NCBI GenBank assembly: GCA_964630895.1
Contig: CAZVYE010000006.1
Coordinates: 1-45,259, forward strand
From: an uncultured Gammaproteobacteria bacterium
GTDB taxonomy: Bacteria > Pseudomonadota > Gammaproteobacteria > Xanthomonadales > SZUA-38
DNA: 45,259 nt
Reading direction: 5' to 3'
Below are positions 1 through 8,843 of this stretch, piece after piece. Every line of letters begins with the position of its first letter. Position 1 is the stretch's first letter. The translations under genes were made by a program, and so were the position numbers. The notes below the pieces were generated by a model. The model did no database searches. It was not told where the DNA came from and saw nothing but the letters and a program-made list of their open reading frames with translations.

Positions 1-518
1 AGATCAGCAGGTGCGAGGTCGTCCGCAACCAGTATCATTCCCGTCATGTGTGCAGCGTCTGCATCTCTGTCATTCTTGCCAGTTTGCAACACGCGCAAAA
101 TCCGTGAAACCACCTGGTCCACGTCTTGAATTCTGGACGCAAGATAGGGGTCGTCCATTTCACTGAAGGCTTGTGCCAGTCGGTCTCGCTGTGTCTGTAA
201 TGCCCACTCTGCGTTGCAATGTTGCTCACGAATGATTTCGACGGGCGCTTCAGTAAGCATGTCATCTTGCATCATCAAGACATGCGCATCGACAAACTCC
301 AATATTTCCGCTGGTGTGCCACTAGGTATTTTTGCGCGTATCTCCGCGAGTTCCTGCTGCGCGCTGCGAACTGCACGCCGGAACCGCTTTACCTCGTGAT
401 TGATTTGCTCATCTGCAATTTGTTGTTCGGTAATATCCAGGCGATTCCTTGCAGCAAGATGCGCTTTGCCAATCGCAATTCCCGGAGCAACGCCGGTACC
501 GAACATTGTTAGAGCCAT
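1..518 (-). CDS. ptsI: Phosphoenolpyruvate-protein phosphotransferase (PTS enzyme I), 5' part; runs off the left edge of the window
   Basis: Not in the ORF track; my translation of the reverse strand from ATG at 518 gives MALTMFGTGVAPGIAIGKAH...ILEFVDAHVLMMQDDML...NAEWAL...MDDPYLASRIQDVDQV...ILVADDLAPAD, the enzyme I N-terminal domain. AGGGAAG lies upstream of the start. Confidence 0.93.
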   Translation of the reverse strand, partial: MALTMFGTGVAPGIAIGKAHLAARNRLDITEQQIADEQINHEVKRFRRAVRSAQQELAEIRAKIPSGTPAEILEFVDAHVLMMQDDMLTEAPVEIIREQHCNAEWALQTQRDRLAQAFSEMDDPYLASRIQDVDQVVSRILRVLQTGKNDRDADAAHMTGMILVADDLAPAD

Positions 519-865
519 TACAGTAATGCTTCCCTAATATGTGACGGTTTAATCTGGCGTATATTCAACCGCAATGCAAATTGCTTTTTGCGCTGCCAAC
601 GAATTTTCTTGTTTATTGCGCCAGCGCTGCGTTTGCTTGCTACGCTTCGCCGCCGGGTGCATCGGTGGGCTCGTCGCGTAAGCGCGAACTTGCCCAGACG
701 ATAAGCCAGCAGTCGTTGGCAAGTCTCTTCATGCATTTGAATATGTGGGATTAGCAGCTCACTGCATTTACAAGCAACGCCCAGCGGGCCAGTGAAAACT
801 TGCGGTTTGTGAAGTGGTTGCCCAATATGATGCCGTCCAAATCTCTTTTAACTGTCTGTAATCCT

Positions 866-1483
866 ATGGTCGAAGTTCTTCAGTCCATTTCCTTGTTGCT
901 CGCCCTGTTGAATCCGTTTTTGCTGGTGGTCTATCTGACTGGGCCCATGAAAGATCTGGATCGCTCGCAATTTGGTCGAGTCGTTGCCCGTGGTGGAATC
1001 ATTGCGAGTTTGGTCTTTTGCAGTTTTGCCGTGCTTGGAGACGCAATTTTTTCCAGCGTCATTCAGGCCGAATTTGCATCATTCCAAATATTTGGTGGTT
1101 TGGTGTTTGTACTCATCGGCCTGCAGTTTGTTTTTCGAGGGCCTGCAGCCATTGAAATGTTGCGCGGGGAGCCGTCCCACATTTCTGGTGCCATCGCAAT
1201 GCCAGTACTGATTGGACCGGGCACGATTAGCGCTAGCGTAATAATCGGCAAACGACTCGATACCTTCGCCGCATGTTTTGCTGTGCTGGGAGCTGTGTTT
1301 TTGTCACTTGCGATTGTACTGGGACTAAAGGCGTTGCACGATTATGCGTTGCCAAGGAATGAGGCGCTGATTGATCGATATATCGAAGTGGCCGGTCGCA
1401 TCACCGCCTTATATGTTGGAACGATTGCTGTGGAAATGATCATGCGGGGTATCGGCACATGGTTGAATCGTTTCACGGCTTAA
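866..1483 (+). CDS. MarC family integral membrane protein
   Basis: About 6 hydrophobic segments with MarC motifs LLNPF, FQIFGG, AIAMPVLIGPGTISA and C-terminal R..AL....IAVEM...GI. Start moved to ATG 866; the ORF-track start at 800 is likely a 5' extension. Confidence 0.88.
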   Translation: MVEVLQSISLLLALLNPFLLVVYLTGPMKDLDRSQFGRVVARGGIIASLVFCSFAVLGDAIFSSVIQAEFASFQIFGGLVFVLIGLQFVFRGPAAIEMLRGEPSHISGAIAMPVLIGPGTISASVIIGKRLDTFAACFAVLGAVFLSLAIVLGLKALHDYALPRNEALIDRYIEVAGRITALYVGTIAVEMIMRGIGTWLNRFTA

Positions 1484-1586
1484 GTACGCAGTGGTTGCAG
1501 TTGGTTGCATCGGGCGAAGACGCCCTCCTAGTGGTAAGCACTCCTTCACCAAATTTCATTCAAGCGATAATCATGCATAGTTGACC

Positions 1587-1628
1587 TTGACGCCGATCAA
1601 GGATCGATAGGCTGAGCAACCGCAGAAT
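1587..1628 (+). promoter_or_regulatory. FNR/ANR-type box with class II promoter geometry upstream of the decarboxylase
   Basis: TTGACgccgATCAA at 1587-1600 (9/10 match to TTGAT-N4-ATCAA) inside the palindrome CCTTGA-N6-TCAAGG. Centring it at -41.5 puts a -10 hexamer CAGAAT at 1623-1628. Confidence 0.7.
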
Positions 1629-1660
1629 AACCATATCGCACGCATAATTGGTTGTAGACA

Positions 1661-3595
1661 ATGACGAAGAACTATCTCTACCCGCTGTTTCTCGGGCCAT
1701 ACGGCGAGAACAATGATCTACTGGAAAAAGTCTTAACGGAGTTTATGCGCGATCACGTCTACTGGCGTCGTAACTTTCACCCGGAAGACCCGCCTGCGAT
1801 TCCGACGATGGCCAGCAATGATCCGGAATATCAGCAATTTGTCGGGCGGATGACGCATGAACTGCACAAGCTCAGTGCTGCGCTGAAGCGCTCAGTGCCG
1901 TTTTCAAGCCCTCGCTATATTGGCCATATGGCTTCTGACACTTTGCTGCCTGCCCTTATTGCGCAGCTGATGACGGTACCTTACAACCCCAATAACGTGG
2001 TCGATGAAGCTGCGCCTGTAACGCTGGATATGGAATTATCCGCGGGCCTTCAATTGGCGCGTATGGTGGGTTACGAGGATAACGAATCCAAAGAAGATTG
2101 CGCCTTTGGCCATCTTACCGGTGGCGGCACGGTGGCAAACTACGAGTCGCTACACATGATGCGGGCGCTGCGTCATTATCCGCTGGCACTGTCTGCTGCT
2201 TTGCGTAAGGCCAACGAGGGGTTGGATATTCGACTTGATGACGGCTTGGCAGTTGTAGACGCCGACACATGGCGGCTTGCCAATGTGCAAGCTACCGAAG
2301 TGTTCTCCATTCACGAGCAGTTGTTGGCACAACTGGAGTTGTTACCCAGTGAGGAGGCCAAGCTTTGGCTGCAGCGAGTTGCTGCCGAACGATTGGAAAG
2401 CCTGGGTTGGATAGAGTTTCAGCGGCGCCATCCGGACTGGAATCCGCCGGTGATTCTTGTCCCGGTTACTGCGCACTATTCATGGGCCAAGGGCGCAAAA
2501 TTGATTGGCTTGGGCACGGCGAATTTGCAGGTTGTTCCCGAGCGCGGGATGCGTATGGATATGCAGGCGCTGCGCGACCAACTGGATGAGCTTGCCGAGC
2601 GGCGTATTCCGGTTTTGCAAACGGTTGGTGTGTTGGGTACTACCGAGTTTGGCACCATAGATCCGATTGATGAAATTGTTGCGGAGCGCAATGATCGGCT
2701 GACACGGGGTCAGTACGTGCCGATCCATATCGACGCAGCTTGGGGAGGGTACCTGACCAGCATCTTTCGTAAATCCGACGGTGGATTGGGCTCGCAACAG
2801 GAAGTTAGACGTGGATTCAAATACTTCCCCAGCGACAGGGTGCACGCCGCCTTTAGCGCGCTGGCCGAAACAGAGTCCATTACGATAGACCCTCACAAGC
2901 TTGGTTTTGTGCCGTTCGGTGCAGGCGCAATCGTTTTTCGCGATCAGCGCATGATGGAGTTTGTGGCCCAGTCTGCCGATTACGTGTTTGACCCCGCACG
3001 CGATCAGCCGGGTTTCCGTGAGAAATTCCGCGCCCTGGGGCGCTACATTCTTGAGGGCTCAAAGCCTGGTGCTGCGGCCGCGGGCGTTTATGTGAGCCAG
3101 AAAGTCGTACCGCCAGATCTTGAGAATCTTGGACGTGTTATTGCAGAAACTGTTCGTGCAACCGAGTATTTTTATGACCGTATACCGGCTTTGGCGGAGC
3201 AAGTGAGCGACGTGGCGCGGCTGGTTATCCCATTTGAGCCGGACAGCAACCTCATCTGCCTTGCGCTGAATCCGAAAGGTAACGAGTCATTAAAGCAGTT
3301 GAACCGGTTTGCACGCGAAGTGTTTGCGCAGATGAAGGTAGACGCGTCAAGGCCAGTTCAGGATCGGGATTTCTTCGGATCCTATACCACACTGACGCGC
3401 AGCGGCCTGGGTGACAAGGACTTTCAGCGCTGTTTGGATTTGCTTGGTATCACCGATACCGATGGCGAGGACAGAATCTTCATACTGCGACACACATTGA
3501 TGAACCCATGGTTGATCGACAGTGAAAACGGAATTAACTACATTGATCGCTACTGTCAATTCCTTGCTGGAGTTATTCGAAAGCAGAGCGCCTAA
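1661..3595 (+). CDS. Group II PLP-dependent amino acid decarboxylase, tyrosine decarboxylase (TyrDC)-like
   Basis: 644 aa. Motifs LFLGPYGEN, SVPFSSPRYIGHM, YNPNNV, HYSWAKGA, HIDAAWGGY, PLP lysine in TIDPHKLG and LGRYILEGSKPG parallel the long TyrDC subfamily. Substrate not proven. Confidence 0.85.
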   Translation: MTKNYLYPLFLGPYGENNDLLEKVLTEFMRDHVYWRRNFHPEDPPAIPTMASNDPEYQQFVGRMTHELHKLSAALKRSVPFSSPRYIGHMASDTLLPALIAQLMTVPYNPNNVVDEAAPVTLDMELSAGLQLARMVGYEDNESKEDCAFGHLTGGGTVANYESLHMMRALRHYPLALSAALRKANEGLDIRLDDGLAVVDADTWRLANVQATEVFSIHEQLLAQLELLPSEEAKLWLQRVAAERLESLGWIEFQRRHPDWNPPVILVPVTAHYSWAKGAKLIGLGTANLQVVPERGMRMDMQALRDQLDELAERRIPVLQTVGVLGTTEFGTIDPIDEIVAERNDRLTRGQYVPIHIDAAWGGYLTSIFRKSDGGLGSQQEVRRGFKYFPSDRVHAAFSALAETESITIDPHKLGFVPFGAGAIVFRDQRMMEFVAQSADYVFDPARDQPGFREKFRALGRYILEGSKPGAAAAGVYVSQKVVPPDLENLGRVIAETVRATEYFYDRIPALAEQVSDVARLVIPFEPDSNLICLALNPKGNESLKQLNRFAREVFAQMKVDASRPVQDRDFFGSYTTLTRSGLGDKDFQRCLDLLGITDTDGEDRIFILRHTLMNPWLIDSENGINYIDRYCQFLAGVIRKQSA

Positions 3596-3596
3596 A

Positions 3597-3613
3597 TGGC
3601 GAAGCGTTCGCCA
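3597..3613 (+). terminator. Short stem-loop directly after the decarboxylase stop (no U-tract; weak terminator or stabiliser)
   Basis: TGGCGAA-gcg-TTCGCCA. Confidence 0.35.
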
Positions 3614-3725
3614 CTGTAGCTCATTTTCAACCTGCAGGGCCAAATTGTCTGCCCCGCTATATGTATATCACCCGGAGTGCTTGCGCTAATATCTGTCTGG
3701 TTATGCTTTTAACTTGAGGTTTTGA

Positions 3726-5135
3726 GTGTACGTTATGATCGTTTTCAGCACTAAATGTTTTGGGAAGAGTAGATCCGTTGCATTGCGCTTTGGGAATGCT
3801 GTGATGTTGCTCTTGTTTGTGGTGACGCAGGCCTACGCCCAGACACACGACCTCGCAATTTCCGATGTTACGCTCATAGATGGCAACGGGGGTGTCGCGC
3901 GCCATGGCGTAACAGTGCTCGTTGATGCAGGGCGGATTGTGGACATTGTCTCTGGACAGGACGTTAAAGCTGCAAAAACTAGGGTGAATGGTTCTGGCAA
4001 GTATCTGATACCCGGTTTGATAGATGCGCATGCGCACCCGTTTCCAATCGAAGAGAACTTTCCGCGCTTTGTCCACTTTGGTGTTACCTCAATCCTCATA
4101 CCTGGCTGTAGTGACTGCACAAATGATAACTTGCGTCGGGCTCGAGAGATGGCTAGAGACCCCTTAGTGAAGTCGCCACGGGTGTTCCATACCAGTCAGC
4201 ATTTCACAATGGAGGGCCGTCACCCAGTAAAAACCTACCCTAGCCCTAAGTGGGTGGAGGGTGAAACTGTGTACTATATGCGGGAGCCAAGCGACGCAGC
4301 GCGATATGTGGAAGCAGCGGCGCAGCAGCCAATTGTAGGCATCAAAGTTACTATCGAAGATGGCCCAGCACCGCCGTTTGTAGAGATGATTTCGGAAGAG
4401 TTGGTTGCTGCGATCGTCGATGCGGCGCATGCGCGAGACCTAAACGTTCTTGCTCACGTTAGTACTATTGAAGGCGTTCGAGTCGCGGAGGCTGCTGGCG
4501 TAGATGACTTGCTTCATTTTGTTGGAGTTGATATTGACTGGGATCGGGATGAGGCAGTGATTGAGCGTCTTCGCGGGCGCGACCCAATGTGGGTTACCAC
4601 GCTTATGGTAGACAAGCGGTTTTTTTACCCTGCACATCCTGAGTGGCTGCGCGAAATCGTGCAAAGCGGTGTGTTTGATCAAGCGCAGATCCAAAAGCTG
4701 AAAAAAGACAATCCGCCCGAACAATGGCTAAAGCGATTGGAGCGGATTTACGGCGTGAGTGAGCCAACGCTACACGGTATCCTGCGACCGCAGGTCGAAG
4801 ATCTCAAAGAACTGCATCGAAGAGGTTTCAAGCTGGTCGTAGGTACGGACACGACCAATCAATTCATCTTTCCTGGGTTTAGCATTCACGAAGAAATGGA
4901 ACTGCTGGCAATGGCTTTCACGCCAGCAGAAATACTGCCGATGGCAACAAGAAACGCGGCCCAATTGCTTGGCGTAGTTGAAGAGCTGGGGACTTTGGAG
5001 ATCGGCAAGCGAGCAGATATGGTGTTGCTTGCCGAAGACCCATTAGTCGATATCCGTCACACCAGATCTATTTTAGCGGTTTTCAAAGACGGACGAGAAT
5101 TGCCCAGGGTGTTAATACCAAGCTCAAAACAATGA
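3726..5135 (+). CDS. Secreted metal-dependent amidohydrolase family protein
   Basis: PGLIDAHAH (HxH), GIK lysine, AHV, LLHF, VGTDT, ATRNAA and GTLEIGKRADMVLL..DPL.DI. Signal-peptide-like segment ends ...TQAYA. True start uncertain (3726 to 3804). Confidence 0.85.
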   Translation: MYVMIVFSTKCFGKSRSVALRFGNAVMLLLFVVTQAYAQTHDLAISDVTLIDGNGGVARHGVTVLVDAGRIVDIVSGQDVKAAKTRVNGSGKYLIPGLIDAHAHPFPIEENFPRFVHFGVTSILIPGCSDCTNDNLRRAREMARDPLVKSPRVFHTSQHFTMEGRHPVKTYPSPKWVEGETVYYMREPSDAARYVEAAAQQPIVGIKVTIEDGPAPPFVEMISEELVAAIVDAAHARDLNVLAHVSTIEGVRVAEAAGVDDLLHFVGVDIDWDRDEAVIERLRGRDPMWVTTLMVDKRFFYPAHPEWLREIVQSGVFDQAQIQKLKKDNPPEQWLKRLERIYGVSEPTLHGILRPQVEDLKELHRRGFKLVVGTDTTNQFIFPGFSIHEEMELLAMAFTPAEILPMATRNAAQLLGVVEELGTLEIGKRADMVLLAEDPLVDIRHTRSILAVFKDGRELPRVLIPSSKQ

Positions 5136-5353
5136 CATATGACTAGCAGTTATTTGGAATAAACGACTCAATATTTCAAGTTCTCCTAAGGCGTTGATAG
5201 CTTTTGGGTGAAATTGGTTTCGTAGTTGGATGGTGTTTTGCTACGGGCCTTATTGCGCACCGCGGTCTGCGTTTGTAACCAGTTGGAAATGTTTAACCGC
5301 TTAGAAGTGAACGTAAAATATGGTGAATGCCGCTTCCTAACGATGAAAGAAGC

Positions 5354-5623
5354 CTATTCCCCTTCACCAAACTTATCTGCGACGAGTTCTGCTATGGCTG
5401 CTACTGCTTCATCTTCATCCACTCCGGTGGCGCGCACAGTGACCATGCTGCCCTTGGCTGCGGCAAGCATCATCACGCCCATGATGCTTTTGGCGTTAAT
5501 TTCCCGGCCTTGCTTCTCCAACATAATCTTGGATTGAAAGCCGGAAGCCAGATTGACCAGTTTTGCTGCTGCTCGTGCGTGCAGCCCTAGACGATTTACG
5601 ATTTCTATTTCTTTTTCAGTCAT
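5354..5623 (-). CDS. ptsH: Phosphocarrier protein HPr
   Basis: NRLGLHARAAAKL (His15) and NAKSIMG (Ser46); 89 aa. Confidence 0.96.
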   Translation of the reverse strand: MTEKEIEIVNRLGLHARAAAKLVNLASGFQSKIMLEKQGREINAKSIMGVMMLAAAKGSMVTVRATGVDEDEAVAAIAELVADKFGEGE

Positions 5624-6015
5624 CCGGGATTGTCGCCTGCAAAAATAGATTGCTCCGCGCCGGACACCATCTTCTTGACCAATTCGTCCGCGGCCAGGTC
5701 AGCGTAGTTGTGCGCGCGGGTGAGCATCGCGAGATTGAGCCCGTGTACAAATCTCACCTTGTCTGAATGCAGCTGCATGTGTGCGAGATTACTGGGAGTG
5801 GCGCCAAATAGGTCGGTCACTACAAGGATTTCTGCACCTTCACCAAACGACTGTATGGCGGCCGCAATGGCGCGTTCGGTTTTGCTGGCGTGGTCGTCTG
5901 GATAAACCGCAACGCTGCGCCAGTCAAATGCCGGCTCACCCACGTTGGCCATCAGCGCGCGCATCAGCATGGTGCCGACTTCTTGATGGGTTACCAGGAG
6001 CAGACAGGCGCTCAT
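5620..6015 (-). CDS. PTS EIIA component, mannose/fructose family
   Basis: LLLVTH, VVTDLFGATPSN and GLNLAML motifs; 4-nt overlaps with rapZ and ptsH. Confidence 0.92.
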   Translation of the reverse strand: MSACLLLVTHQEVGTMLMRALMANVGEPAFDWRSVAVYPDDHASKTERAIAAAIQSFGEGAEILVVTDLFGATPSNLAHMQLHSDKVRFVHGLNLAMLTRAHNYADLAADELVKKMVSGAEQSIFAGDNPG

Positions 6016-6884
6016 ATCAGCTCTCGATGATAGGTCATAATCTGCCGCCCAGACTCGCGCAAACGTTCTGCAATCTGTTCGGTCACATAAACCGATCGGT
6101 GCTTGCCGCCGGTGCAGCCAATACCAATGGTGAGATAGCTGCGCTGGTCTGATTCAAAACAGGCAATCCAGCGGTCTAGGAAGCCATAGATATCGTCCAC
6201 CATGGCACAGACCGTCCTGTCGCTGCCCAAGTATTTTGCAACGGGCTCTTCACGGCCTGTCAATGACCGCAATTCGGGTACCCAATGGGGATTGGGAAGG
6301 CAGCGTACATCGAAAGCAAAATCCAGGTCAGAGGGGACGCCTCGTTTAAATGCAAATGACTCCACCAAGGTGACCAGGGGTTGGTCCCCCAAATTGAGCG
6401 TATTCACGATCTCTCGGCGCAATTGGTGGATGCTTAAATTTGATGTGTCGAGAGCCAGGTCAGCAATGTCCTGCAGCGGCGCCAGCCAGCCTCGTTCCGA
6501 TGCAATGGCATGGGCCAGGGGATTGTCTGATCCCGCTAACGGATGTCGGCGTCTCGTTTCACTGTAGCGCTTGATGAGGGTGTCGTCAGACGCAGACAGA
6601 CAGAGTATCTGCATTTGTGGATATTTGCTTTTTAGACCTTCCAACAGTGCCGGGATATCTGTGGATTGATGTTTGAGCCTACTGCGAATATCCAAACCTA
6701 GCGCAATGTGATGCTGGGCGTCTGGGTCCTGTGCGAACTGCTGCATAAACTCTTCCAGCAGGCTGGATGGCAGGTTGTCGACGCAGTAGTAGCCCAGGTC
6801 TTCCAGGGTTTTTAGTGCTACCGATTTGCCCGACCCTGACATGCCGGTGACGATAACCAGTTCGGCGAAGCCTTGTTGACTCAT
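6012..6884 (-). CDS. rapZ: RNase adapter protein RapZ (YhbJ)
   Basis: VTGMSGSGKS P-loop, YCVDNLP, RYSETRRRHPL, DVRCLPNPHW, IGCTGGKHRSV. Confidence 0.96.
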   Translation of the reverse strand: MSQQGFAELVIVTGMSGSGKSVALKTLEDLGYYCVDNLPSSLLEEFMQQFAQDPDAQHHIALGLDIRSRLKHQSTDIPALLEGLKSKYPQMQILCLSASDDTLIKRYSETRRRHPLAGSDNPLAHAIASERGWLAPLQDIADLALDTSNLSIHQLRREIVNTLNLGDQPLVTLVESFAFKRGVPSDLDFAFDVRCLPNPHWVPELRSLTGREEPVAKYLGSDRTVCAMVDDIYGFLDRWIACFESDQRSYLTIGIGCTGGKHRSVYVTEQIAERLRESGRQIMTYHRELI

Positions 6885-7843
6885 GGCTCTTTTTTGTCGT
6901 CCTGCTCTAGCTTGCTGTTGTGACGCCGTAGAAACTCGTCTGCTGCATCATAACCACGCAGTTTAAGGCTATAGTTTCTCACGGCTGCCTCTACGATGAC
7001 CGCGATATTTCGACCTGGCGCGACTGGAATGGTGATGCTTGGGATGGTTACGCCCAGTACATCCCTGGACGCCGTATCTCCATGCAGTCTATCCATGGGA
7101 GCTTTGCGGATACCTTCTGCGTCCAACAATTCCAAATTCACAATCAACTTTAAATACTTATTGGGTTTCACTGCGCTATCGCCAAACATGGCGCGCACAT
7201 TCAAAACGCCTAGACCGCGTACCTCCAGACAATCTTGCAAAATATCAGGGCACGTCCCGTCCACTACGTCGGGAGCAATGATAGTCATAAGTGGAGCATC
7301 ATCTGCAATGAGTCGATGCCCTCGGGTCATGAGCTCTAACGCCAATTCGCTCTTACCCGATCCGCTATCTCCGGTAATCAGTACGCCGATACTGAATACC
7401 TCCATAAACACCCCATGTACTGTGGTGCTGCGTGCCAGCGCGCGCGATAAGTGGTGCTGAAGGTGACTCACCAGCTCGACGCCAGAGAGCTTTGACACCC
7501 ACAATGGGGTGCTGGATTCATTGGCGGTTTCGACTAAATCGTCTGGAGCGATGATCCCGTCCGAAACGATCAATACACAGGGCTTGTTAGAAAAAATTTC
7601 GGCGACCGTTTCCCAACGTTTGCGGGAATCCAACGCATCCAGGTACGCAAGCTCTTCGCTGCCCAATATTTGAATGTTGTTGGGATGGACGAGATTGAGA
7701 AAACCGGCCAATGCGGGTCGCAGGTGTTGGGTCTCACTAGACTCGATAGAGCGTTTGTTGCCCGCTTTGCCTGCTAGATAGCGAATGTCTAGACGATCGG
7801 ATACCTGATCAAATAATTCCTGCGCCGATATGGATTGATTCAT
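6881..7843 (-). CDS. hprK: HPr(Ser) kinase/phosphorylase
   Basis: HGVFMEV, GDSGSGKSELALEL, LIADD, LEVRGLGVLN, PVAPGRN. Start at ATG 7843, overlapping the ptsN stop. Confidence 0.96.
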   Translation of the reverse strand: MNQSISAQELFDQVSDRLDIRYLAGKAGNKRSIESSETQHLRPALAGFLNLVHPNNIQILGSEELAYLDALDSRKRWETVAEIFSNKPCVLIVSDGIIAPDDLVETANESSTPLWVSKLSGVELVSHLQHHLSRALARSTTVHGVFMEVFSIGVLITGDSGSGKSELALELMTRGHRLIADDAPLMTIIAPDVVDGTCPDILQDCLEVRGLGVLNVRAMFGDSAVKPNKYLKLIVNLELLDAEGIRKAPMDRLHGDTASRDVLGVTIPSITIPVAPGRNIAVIVEAAVRNYSLKLRGYDAADEFLRRHNSKLEQDDKKEP

Positions 7844-8310
7844 TCGGTGACCTGGTGGGCGTGCCAATCCTGCAGCAGTCGTAGTGTTGCAACAGAGTCG
7901 TTCGCGCTTCGAAGCGCTCCGCGACGAGCCTCGTCCGACACCAATTCCGCAAGCTGTGAAAGCATACGTAAATGCTCATCATGGCGTTGATCAGGAACGG
8001 CTAAAGCAAAGAATAAGTCAACCGGCTCTGCATCTGGTGCTTCAAATTCGATGGGGTCACGGGTGCGAATGAGGGCTCCACGAACACGATCTAAGTCGGA
8101 CAAGCGGCCATGGGGCAGGGCGACGCCGTGACCCAGGGCGGTACTGCCCAGACGCTCCCGTGTACAGAGCGCCATAAAAATGCTGCGACAGTCTGGTCCG
8201 TCTGCGTCCCGCCCAAGAATCTCGCTGGCTAATTCCAGCAGCCGCTTCTTCGTGCGTACGGTCACACCAATGTGGACGCTGTCAACCGTTAGCAAGTCAA
8301 TAAAGTGCAT
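7840..8310 (-). CDS. ptsN: PTS IIA-like nitrogen regulatory protein
   Basis: RERLGSTALGHGVALPHGR, D.EPVDLFFALAVP, HL.MLSQLA; located in the rpoN operon. Confidence 0.93.
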   Translation of the reverse strand: MHFIDLLTVDSVHIGVTVRTKKRLLELASEILGRDADGPDCRSIFMALCTRERLGSTALGHGVALPHGRLSDLDRVRGALIRTRDPIEFEAPDAEPVDLFFALAVPDQRHDEHLRMLSQLAELVSDEARRGALRSANDSVATLRLLQDWHAHQVTE

Positions 8311-8462
8311 AATTGCGTCTCAACGACGAGATGGTTTCATGCAAATGCGCCAGTCTGGCTGGTAGCCAAATGCCCGGCGGCGGATACTATCATAATCCAT
8401 TGTGAAGGCCATGGGATGAGACAGAATTTATCGTGACAAGAAGTAACATGTGTTGGCCGCAC

Positions 8463-8486
8463 TGGCGCAGCGGGCCCGCTGCGCCA
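8463..8486. repeat. Perfect 24-bp GC-rich palindrome downstream of hpf
   Basis: TGGCGCAGCGGG|CCCGCTGCGCCA, with no U-tract on either strand. Confidence 0.8.
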
Positions 8487-8510
8487 ATGGGGTTTCAATT
8501 TGATTGCGGG

Positions 8511-8843
8511 TCAACCACTAATATGCATGGTTTTATGGGGAACTTCGTGCTGATGATCCCGCAGCTTTTCTTTGTGCTTCAGTACCTGGCGATCTAACTT
8601 GTCGATCATGGCGTCGATCGCCGCATACATGTTTTCGTTGCGCGCTTCGGCAAAAATGGTTTTGCCGCGGGTGCTGATAGTCGCTTCCGCATGGTGATCA
8701 ATCTTTTCCACGTCCAGAACAACCTGAACGTCTATCAGGTGATCGAAATGCCGCTTTACGCGATCGAACTTTCCGTGCACATACTCCCGCAGTGCCTCCG
8801 TGATTTCGATATTCTGACCGGTAAGACTGATTTGCATAGTCAT
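8511..8843 (-). CDS. hpf: Ribosome hibernation promoting factor (short HPF / RaiA family)
   Basis: MQISLTGQNIEITEALREYV...MYAAIDAMIDKLDRQVLKHKEK; AGGAG ribosome-binding site; follows rpoN. Confidence 0.95.
   Translation of the reverse strand: MTMQISLTGQNIEITEALREYVHGKFDRVKRHFDHLIDVQVVLDVEKIDHHAEATISTRGKTIFAEARNENMYAAIDAMIDKLDRQVLKHKEKLRDHQHEVPHKTMHISG

Noticed and set aside
44-736. Short ORFs 44..265, 214..399, 219..512 and 518..736
   Set aside because: The first three are shadows of the ptsI frame; the last has no recognisable features and lies in the ptsI/marC promoter region.
521-5340. Similar motifs AATGCTTCCCTAA (about 525) and AATGCCGCTTCCTAA (about 5326) near the two ends of the inserted block
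   Set aside because: Too short and imperfect to call a target-site duplication, and no recombinase is nearby.
5226-5905. Plus-strand ORFs opposite ptsH and EIIA
   Set aside because: Antisense shadows of conserved genes, like most of the 60-200 aa ORFs in the track.
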